Made by a program: the position numbers and the translations under genes. Under the pieces are notes generated by a model. That model worked only from the letters and a program-made list of their open reading frames with translations, had not been told where the DNA came from and ran no database searches. This document shows positions 55,814 to 64,000 of a stretch of 64,000 nucleotides of DNA, in pieces. The stretch comes from Octopus sinensis (taxonomy: Eukaryota), in NCBI RefSeq assembly GCF_006345805.1, contig NC_043009.1, forward strand, positions 3,596,001 through 3,660,000, read 5' to 3'. Numbering within the stretch: position 1 is the stretch's first letter; each line of letters begins with the position of its first letter.

Positions 55814-56412
55814 TAAAAATATATACATTATACATATATATATGTGCGTATACAAACGTATATAGGCATACATGCATACAAAAAAACATACGTATATACA
55901 TATATACATAAATATATGAATTTTTCGACATAAGTATACCAGAAATAAATGAAGCCATCTTTTATTTTTAAGTTTTAAAAATAAATAACAAAAATTCATT
56001 CACCATATGTTAAATGAAGCCGAATTTTGTTGGGCGACCTTCAACCTTTGCGGAAATGTTTGAACTAGCATCTTTCTGACATTTAGTACAAACAGATATA
56101 TACAATTTCACATACATTCATAGCGGGGCGTGGACAGCTGTGAAATTGAAATATTGTCTAATTATTAGTAATCACCTTCTCGTTTGACATTAACCATAAT
56201 TCTTCGAAACATTTCGTTTCTCTAACTACCTTTCGCCATTTTTCTTTTTACTTTTTCTCACACACTTGAAGACCTCTGCCTGTTTTGTTTTTGTTTTAGT
56301 TTTTAATATAACGATTCCTACAACCCTGTCTTGTAAAACACTGATATGATTCTACCTAACAAATGTCTTCTTTATGTGCTACATTTTAATGCTATTATTA
56401 TTATTATTATTA

Positions 56413-56471
<59 letters not shown>

Positions 56472-56619
56472 GTTGTTATTTTTATTGTTATTATTATTAT
56501 TGTTGTTATTATTATTATTATTATTATTATAATTATTATTATTATTATTGTTATTGTTATTATTATTATTGTTATTATCATTATTATTATTTTTATTTTT
56601 ATTATTGTTATTATTTTTA

Positions 56620-56673
<54 letters not shown>

Positions 56674-56679
56674 GTTATT

Positions 56680-57130
56680 GTTATTGCCTTTGCACAATTT
56701 CTATCACTGGGGGTGTCCTACAGTGTCAGCTGTTCACTACCACTGAACTAAGGTAACATCTCTTATTTTTCGAGCACCTTCCGGAGTATTCGAGCGGTTC
56801 CAAGCCGTGCTGTCTCCTGCAACTTCTCCACCCTTATTGCAGCCATTATTTGTTCCACGTACTTCTCGAAATTTTTGCTCACTGTTCCCAGGGCTCCGGC
56901 AATTATTGGTACTACTGCTATATTTTTCATCGACCACAACTGCTCATCTTCACAAGCTAAACTGTCATATCTATTGACTTTTCTTTCTTCCTTCTCGCAT
57001 ATCTTGTGGTCAGCTGGGCATGCTATATCTATGATCCAGCATAGTTTGTTTTCTTTCTCAATTAAGACTATGCCCGGCTTCCTATTCTCTATCTCATGGT
57101 CTCACTGAATCATAAAATCCCATAGGATGA
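56680..57130 (-). mobile_element. R4/Dong RLE C-terminal fragment
   Basis: Minus translation WIIDIACPAD...LWSMKNIAVVPIIAGALGT...LGTARILRKVL, followed by (TAA)n. Confidence 0.75.
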
Positions 57131-57377
57131 AAACATGTCTATGATGGTCCCCTACTACTGCTGCTCGTGATCACAGATGCACATATCGTCAGCCACAAAG
57201 GGACATGGCCAACTGGTTAAGGTCAACCAACTGACAGGCAAATCTGTGGTATTGAGTAGAATATTTGCTGTAGCCTATCTTTTAAACCAATACAAAAGAA
57301 TGTACATGATAACGCTTCCAGTCAGTTAAGATCAGAAGCCATGAGAGCCACTGCCTGGTATTGCATCAGAGCATTTA
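57130..57377 (-). mobile_element. 5' part of TAA-associated non-coding retroelement
   Basis: Homologous to 60335-60560. Confidence 0.75.
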
Positions 57378-57496
57378 TTACTACTACTACCACTACTACT
57401 ACTACAACTACTACTACTACTACTCGTACTACTACTACTACTACTACAACAACTACTACTACTACTACTCGTACTACTACTACTACTACAACAATA

Positions 57497-57533
<37 letters not shown>

Positions 57534-57951
57534 TCATTATTATCATTATTATCATTATTATAGAAAGTCTCATTTGTAGTGCGAGCAAACTGCTTAGCAG
57601 CATTTCGTAGGTCTTTCCATTCTGAATTCAAAATTGTACTGTGGTCCACTTTGCCATTCATCCTTTCGTCGCCGATAGAATAAGTACTAGTTGTGAACTG
57701 AAGTCAACGTAATCGGCTTATCCTCCCTCCCTGAGATTGCTGGCGTTGTGCGAAAATTGGAAATCATTATTATTGTTGTTGTTATTATCATACTTATCGC
57801 CATCAATGTTGTTATTATTATTATTATTAGTAGTTAGTAGTAGTAGTAGTAGTAGTAGTAGCAGTAGTAGTAGTAATAGTAGTAGTAGCAGCAGCAGTAG
57901 TAGTAGTAGTAGTAAGTAGTAGTAGTAGCAGCAGTAGTAGTAGTTGTAGTG

Positions 57952-58011
<60 letters not shown>

Positions 58012-58495
58012 TATCTGTTATGACGATCATCATTATTGTTGCCATATTTTATATTGCTGTTGTTGTTCTTCCTCTGTTGTTTTGTTAAGTAGAGAAAACT
58101 TCCACTGTTTCATTAACCGTTATAGAATATTTTGCAACAGTCTTTTATATCATGTGCTAAAAACACGAAACAACAAAATTTTTATATTGATTTTATAACC
58201 GTTCTTTACATTTTCTTTGAATTGTGGATATTTACAATTAGTCTTTATAGAGATAAATTGGTGTTGTGTAGCATTAAAATTCCTCTTGTGTATAGTTATG
58301 AAAAGAAAATCCGTAATGAAAATGGCTGTATCTTTTGATATAATAATTATTTTCATCTCCTTAATCAAGTTAGTCAATCAGTTTGGCGTTCAAATATAGC
58401 TTCGATAACATTTAACACAGCAAAGGACGTTAGTGTTTACATCTAGTTTCTTCTTAGTTTGTTTTATATATATATTTTATATATCACACACACAC

Positions 58496-58579
<84 letters not shown>

Positions 58580-58587
58580 ATATATAT

Positions 58588-58618
<31 letters not shown>

Positions 58619-58796
58619 CATATATACATATATAGTTATATATATAGATATATAGATAGATAGATAGATAGATGTATATATATGTATATCTTTATATACA
58701 TATATACATACTTACATACATATTATATATATATTCTTATACAAATACATATATATATATACACACATATATATATACATATATACATATAAATAT

Positions 58797-58865
<69 letters not shown>

Positions 58866-59067
58866 CAGGTTAAAAGTACATAGGTGAATATATGCATATA
58901 TATATATGAGAGAGAGAGAAGAAATAGAGATAGATAGATACATGCACATATATATACCTATACACAAATGTATATATGAATATATATATTCATATATATA
59001 TATATATATTATACATACTCACAACACAAACGCATAACTTTTTAAAAAGTATACATATGTTTAATTC

Positions 59068-59113
<46 letters not shown>

Positions 59114-59759
59114 TTAAACATATGTATACTTTTTTTAAGTTATGGCGTGTTTGTGAGTATGTGTGTATTTTTGTGTTCAGTTTGTTTGTGTGAGTACATC
59201 TGCATTTGTTTGTATGTATATATAATGAGTATGTGAGTCTAGCAAAACGATTCCACTAATACGACGAATTAATCAAATAAGTATGGCGACATGAATAATT
59301 ATATATGTGGGTGTCCTTGTATGTATATGAATTAACGCCTATTTAGAAATGATAAACGATTACGCACTCTTCGTCTTGTATATCGTTCACCGATATTTTT
59401 TGTATTTTATTTCTGTACATTTTAATCAGTTTGTATACGTTTCGCTAGTATTCACTGTGGGTTCTTTCGTCTGTGTATACAATAGTGAGTTACTTGTCCA
59501 CGTGGTTTAGTAACGGGGAAAAGAACAGATCCCTTATGCTGTGTATGGTTTACCAATATGTGGTTGATAATATTTATCAACCTAGCGCTATTTCTCTTTC
59601 CTATTTGGAATTATTCTTACGTATGCATAATCCGGGCAGACCAACACATGACTTGCCCGCTATGTGCATATAATTCGTGGACTAGCGATATGATTCATCT
59701 CCGATCCTGTTCGGGTATGTAATGTTGGAAAGCCACAAAATTACAAAGTATCGATGCCC

Positions 59760-59910
59760 TCACTCCTAAGTAGGATTAGAGGAGATTTATCTCGTCTGTC
59801 AGGTGGTAACACTCGGCTCATTGAAATAGCGTTCTCCAAGTGCACCAATTACTTATTACTGATATCACGTCTACTCTTTTCATTGACCACAACCTTCGTA
59901 TTTCCCACTT
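59760..59910 (-). mobile_element. R4/Dong C-terminal micro-fragment
   Basis: WEIRRLWSMKRVDVI...IGALG. Confidence 0.5.
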
Positions 59911-59939
59911 TATTATTATTATTGTTATTATTATTATTG

Positions 59940-60005
<66 letters not shown>

Positions 60006-60018
60006 TATTATTATTATT

Positions 60019-60590
60019 GAGTGAGAGAGCAGTGCATGCCATCAAAGTGACACTGGGGTAAAATATACGAAGCCCAATATACCCATCATGACTACCCGTC
60101 TGATAAAGGTACACCAGGCACATGCATCACAACCATATGTGCGCGACATGGTGATCTCATATCAAGATAAACAGCACATGACCTTGCAGGTGGGGCCCAG
60201 TTAGAATTTTCTTCAGGTTGAGTAGCCCATCCCGCTCAAAAGGTCCCTGAATAAGGGTTGTTTAAGGATGTTGAAAGAACCACCCATGTTTCCAGAGGTG
60301 AATTATTCAAAACTCCAAGAATCCCTCTCAACACATGGCTATGATGCTCCCCCACTACTTATGCTCGTGATCAGAGATGCACATATCGTCAGCCACTAAG
60401 GAACATGCTCAACTGGTTAAGGTCAAACAACTGACAAGCAAATCTGTGGTATTGAGCAGAATATTTGCTGTAGCCCATCTTTTATACCAAGACAAAACAA
60501 TGTACATGATAACACTTCCAATCAGTTAAATCAGAAGCCATGAGAGCCACTGCCTGGTACTTAGAGCCACTGCCTGGTACTTAGCCACTA
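60019..60590 (-). mobile_element. Non-coding element embedded in (TAA)n, probably mobilised by R4/Dong
   Basis: TTA tracts on both sides; second partial copy at 57130; no ORF or obvious pol III boxes. Confidence 0.65.
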
Positions 60591-60609
60591 TTATTATTAT
60601 TATTATTAT

Positions 60610-61905
60610 TTTCCTTCTTTCTTCAAATTTTCTTCCATTTCTCGCCGAGTGTTTTCCCTATATCTAGGGCAGAAAAGCTCATTGTATGCATTCCCTGATT
60701 ACACACACAAATTGACAGGTAAAATATGTATTTAAAATAAATAAATAAATAAATTCATGAATGGATGTTGTTTTCACAGCGATAATGCTCTTCTCGGAAC
60801 ATGAGTCGTACCAGTTAACACGATTTTTTGCACTTCCTGTTGGGATGGTAAGCCTGGTATTATTTTCAAATAGGTTTCAGTACCTTTTATCATTCCTAGC
60901 GATCCTACAATCACTGGTTCTGTAGTCGCCTTGAGATGCCACCTTTTTTCAATTTCTATTAATACGTTTTTATACTTACTGATTTTGTCAAATTCTTTCG
61001 CCTCTATATAGTGATCACAAGGAATACTCATGTCAGTTAATAAACACACCGTTTTTGTCTGATCCTTTATAATTATATTCGGTTTATTAACATTTATAGT
61101 TTTGTCGGTATGTACGGGGGAGTCCCAGAGAATCGACACATTTTCTCCCTCAGTCACAGCTTCAGGATGGTGTTTATACCATTTGTCAGCGGTTTTGAAT
61201 TTATAATGCCGACATATTGTCCAATGTAAATACTGGCCGACTCTGTCATGTCTTGCTTTATATTTTACAGGTGCTACGACTCTACACCCTGAGATTAGGA
61301 GGGTTATAGTTTCGATCTCATCGTTAGAGAATCGGCATTTTGGGTTAGCTCCATTTTTTATCACATTGGTTTGGTAGTTACGGGTTAATAAGTTTTGGTC
61401 TTGAGCAGGTAATAGGAAACCTTCCCTCTCTGCTTTTAGCCCTGAGCTTCGTAACATTGATGCGTGTGTTTCTGGTCGACATCAGCTTGTTTGCTACGGG
61501 TCACATACTTGCCATGGAGAGGTTTCTGTTCCCATCTGCTAGCTAACTTTTCAAGTGCTTTTGTCTTTGCAATTCATTTTATTTTCTTTGTAGCAGCAGT
61601 TGGCGCATTTCCTTCAACCTGATCAATCTGGTAGATATCTAAGAGGTCAGTAGCGAATTTTTTGCTCTCTTTCAGAACAGAATGAAGTTTATTCAGTCTT
61701 TTATGTTTTTCAACAAGTTTTAATATCCAATAGTTGGTTGTTTCAAGGTAATTGACCAGTCCGCTTGTGGTGGTTTTGTACGTAACTTCCTGTTCGATCA
61801 AGCCTCGACCTCCATGATTATCCTTGCGGTCCCTAAGAGACAAACTCACTGTAGGAGCTCTACCGAGCATTCTACTCCAATCTCCTTCAGCCATTTGTCT
61901 ATATC
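60610..61905 (-). mobile_element. R4/Dong-clade RLE retrotransposon, truncated and decayed
   Basis: ORFs 61574-61894 (GGRGL) and 60774-61457 (GLKAEREGFL, RHD, NKPNIII, KISKYKNV) are homologous to the 17730 element. Confidence 0.88.
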
Positions 61906-61992
61906 TTGGCTTTCTGTTTCCAATGCACCAATTATTATAGGCACGACCTTAACTGTTCGCATGCTCCACCATTACTATTATCATTATTATTA

Positions 61993-62041
<49 letters not shown>

Positions 62042-62061
62042 TATTATCATCCTCCTCCTCC

Positions 62062-62094
<33 letters not shown>

Positions 62095-63106
62095 CCATAT
62101 CAGATTCCGCCTGCGGCATGTGGTCAAGATATAGAAATACCTTGCTTCAAAATATATCGTTGTTTTATACACCATTATTGTGGTTCTCAACATCTTCTTT
62201 TTGTCATTCTGATTCTATATTTCACTCTCATTCTTCCTAACATTATTTTTCTTAACATCGTTTTCCTTTCATGGCGGCTATTATTTCCATTTCTTGTCTT
62301 ATTCTGTTTTTCTAACATATTCTATATTTATTTATCTATTTTTTCCATTATTTATTATTATTATTTTTTTTTGCTATATCTTTATTGTCTATCACTCTGC
62401 TTCTGTAGCATATTTTTGCTTTAATATTTTTCTGTTTTTCTTTCTTTTTTTCATATGTCATTATCTGGGTTATTTCAGATTTTTTTCTTACACTTTTATT
62501 TTTATGTGTAATTTCTTTCCTTGTTATTTTGTTTTTCTATCTACGCTTATTATATGATTTCATTTCCAATATTTTTTTACACTAAACATATTTTATCTTT
62601 CTTTTGTGTACCCACGCACACTTACAAACAATCATACACACTCACTTACGCACACATAAATACGTATATACATATATATGCTTATATATTACACATAGTT
62701 CTATATTTACATACATGCCCACATACATATTTGTATACTTACATACATACACACTCGCACACACACACACTTAGATATATATACATATATATGTTTCCAT
62801 ATATATTATGCATACTTGTATACTTACACACATACACGCATACACACATATGAGTATGCATGCGCACACAAGTACACACACACATAAACAAACATGCGCG
62901 CACACACATATATGTTTTGTTTAATATAATTTTCTATTTCTACTTTAACCCTTGCTTGGTCATGTTCGTTTATTTTCTACGATCGTATGACCAAAGTGTT
63001 TTGGATTTTCATCTGTTCCCTTATATTCAGACATAGTATATATTGGAATATATTGTTCAACGTGTCTTCTTTAGTATGACACTAGTGTGCAATAATAATA
63101 ATAATA

Positions 63107-63141
<35 letters not shown>

Positions 63142-63149
63142 TAATAATT

Positions 63150-63522
63150 CAAACTGACAGAAAGATAGATGCAAATAGGCCAGACATCATATTGAAAGAC
63201 TTCAAACAAAGAACATGCCTCCTCATTGATATGACTGTCCCAATCGATATAAACGTATCTGTCAAGACCTTTCAAAAACTGAGCAAATATAAAGATCTTG
63301 AAATAGAAATCAGCAAAATGTGGAAGCTGAAGACTAAAACAATACCTGTTGTCATAGGTGCCCTGGGAATGATAGCAAAAGGGGCAGATAGCTACCTAAC
63401 TCAGATACCAGGAAACCCAAAAATGGCAGAAATTCAAAAGATAGTGCTCATGGGAACTGCTCATATCCTACGCAAAATACTTTCTATGTAATCTCAAGGT
63501 TTAAAACAAAACATAATTTTCG

Positions 63523-63557
<35 letters not shown>

Positions 63558-63708
63558 TTAGACATTCATTAGTACAACACCCCCACCCCCCAAATATATG
63601 GCACACTAAGCATAACAACAACATGAACTTCCAACCCTGTTGTCTCTTGAGGTCTCTGGGTGAGACTTGGAGCCAACTTGTACAAATATAAAGCAAAAGT
63701 CAAACATA

Positions 63709-63710
<2 letters not shown>
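63150..63710 (+). mobile_element. R4/Dong RLE 3' fragment with 3' UTR
   Basis: ANRPDIILKD...LIDMTVP...KLSKYKDLEIEI...GTAHILRKILSM; (TAA)n on both sides. Confidence 0.88.
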
Positions 63711-63776
<66 letters not shown>

Positions 63777-63777
63777 G

Positions 63778-64000
63778 TGAAATTATTGTATACAGTGCTC
63801 AGGTGCACCACAACTTATCAAAAGTGCTTATAAAGCATATGCAGTAATTTACAAATGTCTGGAAAGTGATCAGTGTATGAGTCAGATACATGCTTACGTG
63901 TGTATGGAGGGGAGAAAATCAGGTGTAGTGTAGGCGAATCTCAGGAAGCATGGAAGTTTTGAAGGATGCAGCGCTCCGACAACTAACAACTGATGTCGGC
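63778..64000 (-). mobile_element. CR1-like LINE 3' end (runs off window)
   Basis: Minus translation PTSVVSCRSAASFKTSM resembles the LP..VV......FK CR1 terminus; the tail runs into a TTA/TAA tract. Confidence 0.5.

Overview
AT-rich, microsatellite-saturated eukaryotic non-coding DNA. I see no convincing host protein-coding exon, and most listed ORFs are translations of (TA)n, (CA)n, (GATA)n, (TAA)n or (GAA)n tracts. The tRNA-headed SINE families and overall texture strongly resemble an Octopus (coleoid cephalopod) genome; this is inference from recognising the repeats. Recognisable content: several R4/Dong-type RLE non-LTR retrotransposon fragments in TAA tracts, a Tx1/L1-type ORF2 3' fragment, an apparently ORF1-only (HAL1-like) element, Tc1/mariner and pogo remnants and MITEs, a non-autonomous Helitron, three SINE families and several fold-back palindromes. 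The main finding is a ~3.6-copy head-to-tail array of a ~485-490 bp unit at 27961-29721. Its copies together reconstruct a complete type I hammerhead ribozyme (minus strand) once per unit, which is the architecture of a non-LTR retrozyme able to give ~490-nt self-cleaved or circular RNAs. At least seven other hammerhead-like motifs sit in small, mostly (TA)n-adjacent, often palindromic repeats across the window. Two carry compensatory core changes (G3-C8, U3-A8). All ribozyme calls are by-eye folds and are untested.
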